Shown in pieces: positions 1-13,256 of a stretch of 64,000 nucleotides of DNA. Source of the DNA: Octopus sinensis (Eukaryota); contig NC_042999.1 of assembly GCF_006345805.1 (NCBI RefSeq), positions 59,210,001-59,274,000 of the forward strand. Direction: 5' to 3'. The translations under genes were made by a program, and so were the position numbers. Numbering within the stretch: the stretch's first letter is position 1; the number at the start of each line of letters is the position of its first letter. A model generated the notes under the pieces. It did no database searches. It saw only the letters and a list, made by a program, of their open reading frames with translations, and was not told the DNA's origin.

Positions 1-84
1 TGCAAAACTAATTTCTTTGCTTCTTCCTAATGAGCGATTTTATTCTCCTTTATTTTATTCTTGATGCATGCGATCAGTTATAAC

Positions 85-341
85 GAACAACGTTTTAAGC
101 ATTACTGCGCTAAATGTTGGAGTGTACTTCTTTTCGGATTTACTATGAACTAATTACCGACTTACCGATATATATCTGTGTGTGTGTGTGTATGTGTGGG
201 CGGAGAATATAAACATCCGGGAAATCCTGTGCAATCTCATTCTTTCCGGTTGTTAGAAAATCACTGGACCAATGTTTGGTCAAGTGGAAACCCATAATCT
301 CGACACTGTTGCCAATAAATTCCAATATAAACAAATAGCTA
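85..341 (+). repeat. ~255 bp dispersed direct repeat, copy 1
   Basis: Aligns by eye with 2003-2254 along its full length (e.g. GTTTTAAGCATTACTGC, GGGAAATCCTGT, AAATCACTGGACCAATGTTTGGTCAAGTGGAAA, ACAAATAGCTA). Confidence 0.9.
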
Positions 342-349
342 TTTGAACG

Positions 350-812
350 CAGTGTATATAATGGACAGAGTCAAGACCATTGAAAAGGTTGCAAGACGCA
401 ACGAAAATATAAAATAAGTGGAAATTTTACCGGTGAGTGTGTTATATTATAAGGCACAAAAAGAAAATGACTCTCCCCAGACACAACAGACTTGCTTTTA
501 AAAAAGGAACCTACAAGTCCGTCTACGAGTGCTTGTGAATCGGTGATCGCCTCTAGAAGGGATGGTATGTGCGAGTCTAGTACGAGTGAGAGTGATTCGG
601 AAAACGATTATAAAAACATTTTTTTATTATAAATGATCTTGACAGTCTTTTTACTTTACATTCTACTGTTGTTTTATTGCCATTTATTTACGATTATAAT
701 AACATTTATAGGGTAAAATAAATTTTATGCGAAATTATTGCTCTGCTTTACGAGTTTTCACTTTATGAGCAGTCTCCGGGAAGAAATTAACTTGTATATC
801 GAGGCATTACTG
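350..812. mobile_element. Truncated pogo/Tigger-like DNA transposon remnant (one end)
   Basis: Right end CTTGTATATCGAGGCATTACTG|TA is the reverse complement of a Tigger-type terminus TA|CAGTAATGCCTCGATATAC; left boundary approximate. Confidence 0.5.
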
Positions 813-1709
813 TATTTACTAGCATCAATTTTATTTTAAGATTGTTTTGCTTTCTTGTTTTTTTTATTTAAAATTTATCACGACGCGAACACATGACCTT
901 GTGCTTAGAACGTTAGCCTTACATTCATTAGATCGTCGCTCTTATTTCAGGATTAGTCGATGCATTTTGTTCTTGAGCGATGTGTTTCATTTATAATTTC
1001 TCCAGTATAGTCAGCTGAAAAGGAGTACCAGCCGACCGTCGGGGCAACCTTCTTAATTTCCTCATACCACATGTTGGATGGTCAACATGTAGTATTTATA
1101 TACATATATATCTACATAATCCAATATGTATTTTCCTTTCTTAACACAACCTGGCTTCAGAGGAATGGAACACTGCAGTATGTGATTTTTTAAAATTTAC
1201 TTATCTCACATGAAGCTCTGTCTTTTCTCTTCTGTATAATATATGCAGGAAATCTAGAGGTTTCTTATTGAAATTCCAATGCCAAGTCGAAATAGGTCGA
1301 CTTCAATTAAGTTTCAAAATACTCTAATGCAACTAATTCATTAGAAGCATACCATTTACTTGCCTTAGTAGCAACAGTAAGAAAAGTCTTTTCATAATCC
1401 ACGAAGACTATAACTTTGTTGATAAACAAAGTTTCCCTCTAGCAATGTTCAACAATCGAAAAACTTAATACAAAAGAAGTAAAATTAACGTAAATTATTA
1501 AAGAAGAAAATAAAGCTATATACCAGATATCGGAAAAAAAATTTTTTTATCGTAGTAATAGAAAAATGGCTGTCTGGCTAAGACGTTTGCTTCGCAACCA
1601 CGTAATTGCGAAGTTTATCCAGTTGAACGGCCGCGCAGCAACTTGAGTAGCATTTTCTACTATAATTTCAAGTTCGTTAACATGAGGATAGACTTAAATT
1701 TTACTCTTA

Positions 1710-1712
<3 letters not shown>

Positions 1713-1766
<54 letters not shown>

Positions 1767-1772
1767 ATATAT

Positions 1773-1832
<60 letters not shown>

Positions 1833-1833
1833 A

Positions 1834-1875
<42 letters not shown>

Positions 1876-1876
1876 C
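1713..1876. repeat. (TA)n/(TG)n compound microsatellite
   Basis: Directly visible dinucleotide runs. Confidence 0.95.
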
Positions 1877-2002
1877 TTAAAAGGTTATCTAACCAAGTAT
1901 GTAGACTTGGTTAGTCAGAGTGTGACCATTGGTTTTGCACAGTTACTGCTGAGAGAACCTTATAGAAGCGCAAACAATGGTCCCTCTCTGACCAGGTATA
2001 AG

Positions 2003-2254
2003 GAACAAAGTTTTAAGCATTACTGCCCTAAATGCTGGAGTGTACACTTCTTTTCGGATTTATTATAAACAACTTACCGACTTACCGATATAAATCTGTG
2101 TGTGTGAGTCGGCGAAGAATATAAATATCCGGGAAATCCTGTACAATCCCATTCTTTCCGGTTATTAGAAAATCACTGGACCAATGTTTGGTCAAGTGGA
2201 AATCCCTAATCCCGACACTGTTGCCAAATAAATTCCAACACAAACAAATAGCTA
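2003..2254 (+). repeat. ~255 bp dispersed direct repeat, copy 2
   Basis: Homologous to 85-341. Confidence 0.9.
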
Positions 2255-2953
2255 GATAAATGAATGTGGACAGATACCTCTATTATACAAACGATCCTGA
2301 ATTAGGTGTATCGGTCTTAAACACATATCGGGATTAACACCTTCATGACTCTACAACCATCATATCACTGCAATTTCAATTTAATGCTTATTTCTCATAA
2401 GAATCGTAGATTAAAATGATATTGTCTTAATACATCCGCCAAGATAAAGATAGAGAGATTGAAGGAACATCGCTGTCATTCTCTCTTCTGATTTTGCACA
2501 ATCACGTAAGCAAGGAACAGTAGGATTAAAGTATTAGCATATTGAAGCTTTGAATTATTGCTGAAAAATATTTCGAGTCAACTGAATCTTCTCTTGATTA
2601 TGGTAAACAATTCTATTTACGCACATTCTATAGATTAGACAAGCTATTGTTGTTCACTGGATGGATAGTTACGTTTGAAGTATATTGGGAATATTACTAA
2701 CATGCTTCAATTACAAATTTGTGAAGATGAATGATTATAAATTAGTCCAGATTAATCCGTTGACAAAATGTAGCTATATAATTCTACATTATCAACTCAG
2801 GATATATGTATTTCTTTACCACAAACCCAAATGCTATGTTCTTGTACGCCAAGATTTCTTCACTGCCAATAGATACATGAGTCTATATGTATCATAAATT
2901 TCCTTGGGATCTAATTCGTCGATATTTTTCACTTGTTTACAAATACTATTGGT

Positions 2954-3262
2954 GGTGGCACATGGCCTAGTAGTTAGAGCAGCGGACTCGCAGTCGAGGG
3001 ATCACGGGTTCGAATCTCAGACCGGGCGGTGTGTGTGTGTTTGTGAGCGAAAACACCTAAGCTCCACGCGGCTCCGGCAGAAGTTAATGGCGAACTTCTG
3101 CTGACTCTTCGCCACTACTTTCTCTCACTATTTCCTCCTGTATCTTGCAGTTCACCTGCGACGGACCGGCGTCCCGTCCAGGTGGGGAACCTATACACCA
3201 AGGAAACCAGGAAACTGGCCCTTATGAGCCAGGCGTGGCACGAGAAGGGACAAACAACAACT
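2954..3262 (+). mobile_element. tRNA-derived SINE, family C
   Basis: Pol III A box (TGGCCTAGTAGTTAG) and B box (GGTTCGAATCTC); body shared with 5251-5568 and 48147-48511; (CAA)n tail. Confidence 0.85.
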
Positions 3263-3683
3263 AAGACTATTCAACATTATGACAGTTTATTTCCCATAAA
3301 TTTCAATATGTCTGTAATATAACATTCTCTTATTTCTTCTTATTTAACAAACATTGTCTTTCTTAATATTCTCAAGTTCACGAACATAGATTTTCCTATC
3401 CTTAAACTTCACGTTACTTTAAAGATTTGTAATATCATAGCTATTTTTCTTAAACGTCATCCGTCCTTTATGCATATCACGTACCTTTAATCTTGGAAGT
3501 GGTGTCTCGTGCCTGTAACAAAAATCTATATTCAAACCACTCACAATCATCTGTATGACGTGTTTCATTACAAGATGTGAAACGATATTGACTTTTTATC
3601 CTGATCCACAGTTTCTTCGCATTTGACTACGCAACTAGCATATCTGAGACAAATAGACTGATTTTCCACTTCTTTCTTTTCAT

Positions 3684-4083
3684 GCGCAGGAGTGGCTGTG
3701 TGGTAAGTACCAACCACATGGTTCCGGGTTCTGTCCCACTGCGTGGCACCCTGGGCGAGTATCTTCTACTATAGCCTCGGGCCGACCAACGCCTTGTGAG
3801 TGGATTTGGTAGACGGAAACTGAAAGAAGACCGTCGTATATTTCTACATATATATGTATGTGTGTATATATGTTTGTGTGTCTGTGTTTGTCACCCCAAC
3901 ATCATTTGAAAACCGATGCTGGTGTGTTTACGTCCCCGTAAATTAGCGGTTCGGCAAAAGAGACCGATAAAATAAGTACTAGGCTTACAGGTAATAAGTC
4001 ATGGGGTCGATTTGCTCGATTAAAGGTGGTGCTCCAGCATGGCCACAATCAAATGACTGAAACAAGTAAAAGAGTAAAAGAGA
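3684..4083 (+). mobile_element. tRNA-derived SINE, family A (CORE-like central segment)
   Basis: GCAGGAGTGGCTGTGTGGTAAG head, GGTTCCGGGTTC B-box-like, GGCACC(T)TGGGC(A)AGT segment, internal (TA/TG)n, (GTAAAAGA)n tail; several copies in the window. Confidence 0.88.
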
Positions 4084-4660
4084 GATTAAGAGTTCAACTA
4101 CACACTGTTTATTATAACAAAACCCCTTCTATGTATCTGTAGCCCACAGAGCCTGCTTTGCGCGTATGATCCCTTTTGATGTGTTTCCAGGTTTCCTCAT
4201 TCGATTCCCCCCCCCCCCTTTTAGTTTTATACTGTTACTCTATGAAAGGGTTTTGAACCCTTTCACCGTGACACTAGTATACTATATTCCGTCGATCCTG
4301 CGGTTTGTACTCCATTTTCATACATGCTCAAATGTACTTCAATTCTTCTCATCAAGACTGGACACAAGCACACACACAAAAATACACATGCACACGTCCA
4401 CACACACGAACACACACCCTATGTTCCTCAGTTTCTGAGTGGTTTTGCCATCACGTATAAAATTCTATCAAATCAAACTGAATTTCCGTTCCTCAAAATG
4501 ATAGATTAACTAGCTATCGTCTATGGCTACCACCTCACCTCATGCGATTAAACGAATAAATAAAATAACATTAGGGAATTTTGATTCCATTTTTGCTCTA
4601 TTATTTGACAATTATAACAAAGAGTCACAGATGAATTTGCTTTGAAAATATCTGCAAATA

Positions 4661-4784
4661 GGTGTAGGAGTGGCTGTGTGTTAAGTAGCTTGCTTACCAG
4701 CCACATGGTTCCGGGTTCAGTCCCACTGCGTGGCACCTTGTGAGTGGATTTGGTAGACGGTGGCTGACAGAAGACCTTCGTATA

Positions 4785-4821
<37 letters not shown>

Positions 4822-5046
4822 GTGTGTGTATATGCTTGTGTGTCTGTGTTTGTCGCCCCAACATTGCTTGACAGCCGATGCTGGTGTTTTATGTCCACGT
4901 AACATAGCGGTTCGGCAAAAGAGACCGATAGAATAAGTCCTAGGCTTCCAAAGAATAAGTCATGTGGTCGATTTACTCGACTAAAGGCAGTGCTCCAGCA
5001 TGGCCAGAGTCAACTAACTGAAACAAGTAAAAGAGTAAAAGAGTAA
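4661..5046 (+). mobile_element. SINE family A with internal deletion
   Basis: Same head and tail as 3684-4083; lacks about 45 bp between two CCTTG microhomologies. Confidence 0.88.
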
Positions 5047-5250
5047 ATAAAATGTGCAATGCAAACCAAAGTACCTGCTCTTCATATGATGCTTGGGGTA
5101 CGCCTTTGCACAATCTTTGTCACACTATGCCAATAAAATTGTATGTACCTAATCTGATGAAATGCTAGAAATATCAGTTAAATTTTCTTCGTTGTCTAAT
5201 ATAAGCAAAATTTCCCATTGGATGATGTTATTGATTATGTAACTATAAAA

Positions 5251-5568
5251 GTGGAGGCGCAATGCCCCAGTGGTTAGGGTAGCGGACTCGCGGTCAGAGG
5301 ATCGCGGTTTCGATTCCCAGACCGGGTGTTGTGTGTGTTTATTGAGTGAAAATACCTAAAGCTCCACAAGACCCCGGCAGGGGGTGGTGGCGACCCCTGT
5401 TGTACTCTTTCGCCCCACCTTTCTCTCACTCTTTCTTCCTGTTTCTTGAGTAATGCTGCGATGGACCGGCGTTCCGTCCAGCTGGGGAGGAACACATACG
5501 GCATAGAAATCGGGAAACCGGGCTCATGAGCCTGGCTAGGCTTGAAAAAGGCGCATAAATAAATAAAA
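5251..5568 (+). mobile_element. tRNA-derived SINE, family C, with 13-bp TSD
   Basis: A/B boxes; flanked by ATGTAACTATAAA at 5237-5249 and 5569-5581. Confidence 0.9.
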
Positions 5569-6581
5569 ATGTAACTATAAATACGAGATGGTTACAGCTG
5601 GTAAACTTTTCGTCAAATTTTGGCTCAGCCAGACCGAGCTAGGGCTAAAGGATACCAATAACTTTTATCACATATTTTAATCATAATAACTAACCTGGTG
5701 TATCAGAAAATCCACTGTATAAAATTCGTTGTTTGCTCGTCAGATTCACTTGAATCCACTCGTTGTTCAGGCAGTACTTGTCTTAAATATTGTTAACTAA
5801 TTTCCACATTTATTGATTGTGGTCATCTTTAAGCCATGTATTGAAATCAATTCATGACATTAGTTCAGTTAGAAGTTACTACAACAAGAATAATAATGAT
5901 AATGAATGAAATCTCTTGATTTAGATGTCAGTACATAGAAATAAATATGAAGAAACGCATAAAGAATATAATAGGAGAGGAGGCCAGAACGGATATAAAA
6001 CAGTTGCTGTAAGATTTGTTAACGAAAATCAATGAAGTCTATTCATAGTTGAGTGATTCAGAAAATTGAATAATTCACAACTTCAGGAGACTGAAGAAAA
6101 TTCGGGAACTTTGTACAAATAAAAGAAAAATAAATATTGCTTTTAAATTGTTTACAAACCAATATCGATTTTTTTTATTCGTTCGTCTTCAAATAAAAAT
6201 ATTTAAATGATAATTTGTTTTATTTCACTTGAAGTCACAAAAGAAGTATTAAGTTTGACTAACATTGCTACAAACGTGCATCAGATAGTGATGGTGTAAT
6301 AGCGAGTTAACCTTTCCTTCCGAACTAAAAGAATCTTCTCCAGATGAATATTCTCAATGTATTCCTGAATATTGTTCCATTGTGTAATATTTACCAACAT
6401 TTTACGTATTTTAAAATTTCTCAACTAGCAGAGGATTGGCTGTACTCATTATTCATTTCGGGGCCGCCGGTATTGATAAGAGGAAATTATTTTAAGGCCC
6501 AAATGCATGCAACGGTATGCATTCTGCTATATGCACATATTGAGCAGGTAGTGGTCATAAACCGAGGGAGGCATTCATCAA

Positions 6582-7695
6582 CAGGATGCAAGCGGCATTT
6601 GAGGACACTTAATTATTACTATACTCCTCTCTTCAAACTAATTAAATGGTTTTTACTTCTTACACATTGGTTGCCAAATTAAGAAATGAAAAGATCTGCA
6701 GTCGTTTTGGCCACATGTACAGAAGAGCGATTTACTAATTCTCAACTGTAGAAATGCTGCAAGATTTTTTGATCACGTATTTCATTGGCTATGTTTGACA
6801 GGACCTTTTCCATTGTATCGAGAAAAATATTCTAAACGTTCGGACAAGGACACCACCGTTCATATAACAGGTGTAAAATACTGGTACTGATCCCAGAAAC
6901 TCAATCAGGATCATCTCCACAAACTTCAGGTTTCGACGTGGATTATCAGAACTATACTGTGAGAAGATTCGATACAAGCCATATAATCTGATGAGAGGCC
7001 AATTCATGTCTGCAATGATACAAGAAACCAGTTCGATGTGTGACGAGGTCTTACTCAGCAAGGCTAAACGAATAATGCTTCCGTTCTTCTCTGATGAGAA
7101 AAACTTCGGTTAAGACCAAATGTGTAGCAGTAGAAATGACAGATAGTTATGCGCAAATTCCTTTGATGTCGCCAGCGAGATGCAACTAAGTTGAGATGGT
7201 TTTATTTGTGGTAACAAAGGTTATGTCGCCTCACATCTTTCCACGATGTCTTAGAATTTATGCTACTGAAGATAGTTGTTTAGCCTTAGATTAATGATGG
7301 TCATATTTGCTTCAGCACGACCCAGCGCTTTCTCCCAAAGCCAAAGTAATCCAAGACTAGATGACAGCACATCTTCACAGTTTTTACGTTATTGGACTAT
7401 CTTTATGTAACAGCCGAACTGTGGCCTCCAAACTCGCCAGTTTATATCCCATGAGCCACGACCTCTGGAACGTTGTTGACAGTCGACTTCCTCACAATTC
7501 CATAGATTTACTAAAGGCTACCATTGTGCAGGCGATGTCCGAAATGAATAAGGACCATTTAATCCAGATATACCAACGATTTCGGTCCTGCATTGAAGCA
7601 GTCATCGAAGACGGAAGTGGATTTATCAACATACATTTGGTTTTTGTTATGTTATCAAATTACCAAATATGTCCTCAAATACACCTCGCATCCTG
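6582..7695 (+). mobile_element. Decayed Tc1/mariner-superfamily transposon (maT/DD37D-like)
   Basis: Imperfect TIRs CAGGATGCAAGCGGCATTTGAGGACA / TGTCCTCAAATACACCTCGCATCCTG|TA; broken transposase motifs FFSDEKNF (~7085), WPPNSP (~7421) and C-terminal FRSCIEAVIEDGSGFI in ORF 7361-7777. Confidence 0.75.
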
Positions 7696-8899
7696 TATAA
7701 CCGTAAAAGTACGTTTTTACATATTTTCAATGTTAAGAAAGAGAAAACGGTTAATTTTTATGTTTTTCGTCACCTAACTAATATAAATGATGAAAAGAGA
7801 AATTATAGTGTTTCGTTAGAACATCTTTTACGAAGGTCGTGTTTGATTAGAATCACTTCCCATAACCAATACATTAATGTCTCTCTCACATATTCTTCAT
7901 TCCTTACTACTTAATATCCACAGTGTAAAATACTTTGAGAATAACACCAATACCTATATAGCATTAAAATTGGCCGTTACATCATCGTTCGACCTAATAG
8001 AAATATCAACAAATCTATTCTAAATTACTTCATAACTTCTCAAAAATGTGGACACATTAGACAATGAAGTTCTTGATGTCCTTAGTAATAAGATAGGATG
8101 CTTTTGTTGGGAATGTCTTCGATCGCAGTTATACTCTATTTGAACGGAATTAACACTAAGAAATTAAAACGATCAGTGGAACTACTATCGTATAGCAGTG
8201 AGTATCTATACTTGTATTATTGTCGAAAGCATGAAATTCTGTTGGAGATATGTAGACAATCTTTACATAATGAAAATAATTGTTTTTACCAAGAAGTTAT
8301 ATATATTCCAAAACAACGAATAACCAGTGAATCTTTGATAGATTACCGGGTAATCCCATCCCCTTTCAGGACAGTAAACTAAATCTAATGCCTGGTTTAA
8401 CATCAACACGTTTGCGGGTGATTTTAGCGGAATCGAGTCAATTGCATTCACTTGACTAAGTTTCTCGCATTGGCCTCGAAGGTCACGAATGACGCAATGG
8501 GTGTCGTCATAACTAAATCATGAAAATATATTTTAATCCTTTAAAAGTTTTCAGCTCTTAAAATGAAATAGTGGATAATCTTTCTATATTTTTTCAGACG
8601 ATTTGAACCATGGAATATTATTGTTATAGTTTTTGCTTTATAGGTCGAAAAATATATCAAGTTTCATTTGTTTTGTCTTTTTATTTAAAACAAAGAATAA
8701 GTTACATTTTATATAATATCCCTGATTTACCCGTGATTTTTACGAATTATAATAAAACATTTACGAACACACATATTGATGTTTTCATCAGATTTCTTAT
8801 GTATTCTTATTGGCAATATTTCAAATATTTCCAGAACCACTCTACCGTCACCTTAGCTGTTTACTATATCGACTACCTGATAAAACTCTCACAGTAGTC

Positions 8900-8938
<39 letters not shown>

Positions 8939-9459
8939 CTCGTTCCTTCTACTTCACAATACTTACCGTACTCTTATTCTCTATGGTTTCCATCTTAATC
9001 ATTTTCTGTCTCTACATCTAGCCAATTCCCTCCCAGTTTTTACTTCCGCCGGCCATTACGCTATCACTCTCCGTCTTATTACCTTTGTTCAATGTATAAG
9101 TGTTTTTCTTTACCTCAGGGCAACGAAACTTATTGACAAATACAAACTCTCTTGGAGTTTATTTCCAGCGGAAAGTCTGTAACCCTCTACTTACAATTAG
9201 AATTAGCCGAAGCGACACAGATTCATATCAATTATAAGTATCGTAGTTCAAAGGTTACTATAATATCACAGCTTTAAATCTAGCTTCTTGATATTATAGC
9301 CACATATTATTGATTTGTTAGCAACCAGAAATACTAATGTCTTCCTGCCGAAGGATAAAACTTCGTATAGCTTCGAAAGAGTTGCATATTTAGGCTCAGT
9401 CCTTGCGAAATATACACTACTTTAAACATTGTCAGGTGATTATTACATAAGGAAATAAA

Positions 9460-10570
9460 GGCGGCAAGCTGGAAGAATCGGTACGCCAGACAAAAATGCA
9501 TAGCAATCTTTCCTCTGTCATTACGTTCCGAGTTCAAACTTCAACAAGGTCGACTTTGCCAACCATCCATTCTGATTCGATAAATTAAGTACCAGCTGAA
9601 CACTAGGAACAATGTAATAGACTAGCCCCCTTCCCACAAAAGTTCAGGTTTTGTGCCAAACGTAGAAATGATTATTAGCTAAGGAAAAAAAAGGCGGCGA
9701 GCTGGTAGAATCATTACCTTGCTGGGCAAAGTGCTAACCGGTTCAGGGTACAAATGCTGCTGAAATCGACTTTGGCTTTCATTCTTTCATGTTCGATAAA
9801 ACAAGTATCAGTTATGCACTGGGTTCGATGTAACCGACTTAGCCTCTTCTCAAGTATACTTTCATTATATCGAAAATCGGAAACAATTATTGACTAAAGA
9901 AAAGATTGCGAATTGCTGCAATCGTAAATGGTGTTGGAAACAATGATTTACGGTATTTGTTCCGGTTCTTTACGTTCTGAGTTCAAATCTCGCCCAGGTC
10001 AGCGTTGGCTTCCATTCCCCCCAGATTCGATAAAATGCGGTACTAGTCGCGGGCAATAGTATCAACTACTCCTTATCCCATAAATTTTTAACCCTATGTC
10101 TAAATGAGAAACCATTTTTAATTAAGGAGCATTTTGCTATCTTACACTGACGAAGACGTTATTAACTCGAGATGCATCAGTATAAAGTTATAACAGATAA
10201 TAAATGCAGTCATATTACGCTCTGTTGTTACTGAATTTTTATTCACTTTTATTTAGAAATAAAAGTATAAGAGAAGAAACGTTGCATCTATAATCCTATC
10301 AAGAAAGTTATCAATGTTATATATCATCCAATATCTTTCTTTTAATCCTTATTTTACTTGAACTTAGTTCATCAACCAATAGGCGATTTCCTAGTGTTAA
10401 AGTTTGATCGCGAGCCGGTGAAATTTAGGTTCAGAGCTGAAATTACGACGAAATGATATTTACCTTTTATCCTTTCAGGATCAATAAAATAAGTACCCGT
10501 TGAACATTGGTGTTGGCATAACCCACATACCTCCGGCACGAACTTGCTGGCTTTGTACCAAAACCAATAT
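9460..10570 (+). mobile_element. Cluster of degenerate family B SINE copies
   Basis: Repeated GGCGGCGAGCTGG head and GTCGACTTTGCC...GATAAA..AAGTACCAG domain at about 9460, 9692, 9905 and 10400. Confidence 0.7.
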
Positions 10571-11040
10571 TCAATGCACCCTTTCTACGTTTTGCTTTTA
10601 ATTTTCGTAGAATTCGTCTTTCAGTTTCATCGTTCTGAAGTTGAGAAACGAAAGTTCAAATCAAGCATTGCTGCTGATTTAATCGACACAACTTGTGTGG
10701 TATTGTAACAGTGTTAAGAATAAAATCTCATAAAAATAAAATTCCATAACTCCAACGGGATGCGCGAGTGAAATAGCTAAAATCTAACTTTTCGGGCAAA
10801 ACAGTTCTTCGGAAAGAATTAGATTACTAGTTGTGGAGAATAAATTGAAACCAGTGAGAATAAGAAATAAAGTAACAGTGCAATAAAAGGAAGAGGAAGA
10901 TATTAACACGAGGAAAGAAATAATAATCGTAGGAGAACGGCCGAGTAAAGTGATTGTGAACAATATAGTACTATCAATTTTGAGAAACATAGCAGGGACG
11001 AGTTTATATCACGAATTTCAAAGAACTCAAAGATATGTAT

Positions 11041-11072
<32 letters not shown>

Positions 11073-11939
11073 ATATATATATATATATCAAGGATTAATT
11101 AGACAGAACACAACAAGGAGAAAAAGTTAGACGAAAGTAGAGCAAACGGGAAACTAGACGAATATTTAAAGGACGGAGAATATAGACAAAGACACGATAG
11201 ACGGAATGTTCGCAGCTTAGTTTTCCTCGTCAGTCAATTACACAAAATATCATCGTGGTTTTGCACCATTATCATTGAGACCACTCAATCTTGGAGGTAC
11301 CAGTGATGTCATTAAGCTACTGGGGAAAAAGGAGTGTTTGTTTCTATATGCTAGCGATGGAGTGAGTAGAGTAAAAGCGAGGTGTTTGTAGATTAGTTTT
11401 GCGTTTTCAACAAGAGAGACAGCTCAAACAGTGATTTGTTTGCTAAAATGAGAATTCAGACTATCGCTTCGGATGGCAGGTGGGCATTATTCTGGATGAA
11501 GGAGATGTACAAGAAAGCAATTACCATTGTGAACACTCGGTCGGATTCAATAATTTATCAATGTCTGGAGGCATGGGTCAGATATAGATCAGCTTTTACA
11601 GTGTTAGACTACATGCCTTGCCGAGATTGTCCAGTTTCTCAAGTCCTGATATCAGGTCTCCATGAAGCCAAATTTTTACTTTCATGCTTTCGAAGTACAC
11701 ATTTCGAAGTACCTCTCATTTACTAGCTCGATTATAAACGATTGTTCTCTCTCAATAAAGATTAGTTCTTGTGTATATACAAGACATCAATGTTTTATGA
11801 ATTTCTTTGAAGGCAGTAGCTCTTAGCATTGATCCATCATCCGTTTATCTTATTTAGATATGTCGCCACTTAAAAGACCGAATTATCTAATACCGAATCA
11901 ACTTTATCTTTCATCCAACTAAGGTCGAACGAATAGAAT

Positions 11940-12365
11940 TTGTTTCGAATTTCGTCACAAAGACATCTGTTTGAGGGGAGGAGTGAGTCGATTACACCGA
12001 CGTAAGTGTCCAACTGGTACTTATTTTATCGACACCGAGACGATGAAAGCCAAAGTCGAATTCGGCGGAACTTGAACGAAGGAGCTAAAGGCGGGCGACC
12101 TGTCGCTAAGCATCTAGCCTGGCATCCTAATCGTTCCGCTAGATCTCTGCCTCAAGTGCAAGCTAAATATTGGTTTCAAATTTTGGCGTAAGGCTAACAT
12201 TTTGGGGAAAGATCTAAGTCGATTACATTGACGGCCGTGCTCTACTGCAACTTATTTTTATTGACCTTGAAGTCGACCTCGGCCAAATTTGAACTCAGAA
12301 TTTCAAGCCGAACGAAATACCGGTAAGCATTTTCCCGTAGTGCTAACAGTCCTGCCAGCTCGCAG
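11940..12365 (-). mobile_element. Two degenerate family B SINE copies
   Basis: Reverse-complement matches (CTGGTACTTATTTTATCGAC...AAAGTCGA...TTGAAC) to the 21648-21877 copy. Confidence 0.7.
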
Positions 12366-13256
12366 CTGTAAGTACAAACTAAGTATTCAGATAGATTTTA
12401 TAGATTGTGCACTCCCCTACAATATATCACTACATTAGAATCTAATCTTTTTATCGTTTTCCATGTCGATAGTATATCATTTCTAATTACTTATAATTAT
12501 TCCTTAACAATAATCTTCCAATGATTTTATAAGCATGTCACTTTCGTTCATAATATTCTAAAATTCATATCTGTAAATACTCGAAATCATTGTTAATATT
12601 CTTCAGGTTGCGTTGAACCTCATGCAGTTTAATTTCCTTCTGCTGTAAAATTTGATTTTGGGTGCCAATGAACTAAATGTGTGTGTATGCGCGCGCGCGC
12701 GTGTGTGTATGTTGCATCTTCAATATCATATATTTTGCATTATCTATAGGTTTCCGATGCAAGGCAAGCAATCTTGAGGAAAGGGAACCAGTGAGTTCTA
12801 TCGACCCAGCTACTTCACTGCTCATTCCTTTTCATAACCCAGAAAAGATGAAACGCAAAGTGATCTATGGCGGAATTTACGAATTTGATGCAGAACATAA
12901 AAAGTCGGAAGTAATACTGCAGAGAATTTTCCAAGATTCTAACTAATCTGATAGTTCACTACCTTATTCTTTCTGTTTTTATCATAATAGCTGTCTTTTT
13001 GTTTTTATATTTCAGCGGGAGCGTTATGGCTGAACGGTTAAGATGCATTTTTATAGCCTCGAGTCAGCCCATAAATCTTGAGTGAAATTACCTAGATGAA
13101 AATCATATAGAAATCCTGAGTCTGCACTAGAATTCTATTAATGGTGTATATGTTGGGGAATGCTTAGACAAAAATAGGATCAAAGCTCCTTCCTGAGTAT
13201 ATAGGCTCAGAAATCTTAAGTGTTCTGTGATATATATATATATATATATATATATA

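Noticed and set aside
2954-3030. tRNA gene (also 5251 and 48147)
   Set aside because: tRNA-like SINE heads continuing into SINE bodies, two with TSDs; no clean cloverleaf or terminator.
5150-5180. CTGATGA-AATGCTA-GAAA-TA-TC as a minimal hammerhead
   Set aside because: No stem II, poor stem I, and CTAGAAATA belongs to a recurrent unrelated repeat motif in this window.
7091-7120. CTGATGA as a hammerhead core (also at 6988)
   Set aside because: Lies within transposase coding remnant (FSDEK); no stem II/GAAA arrangement.
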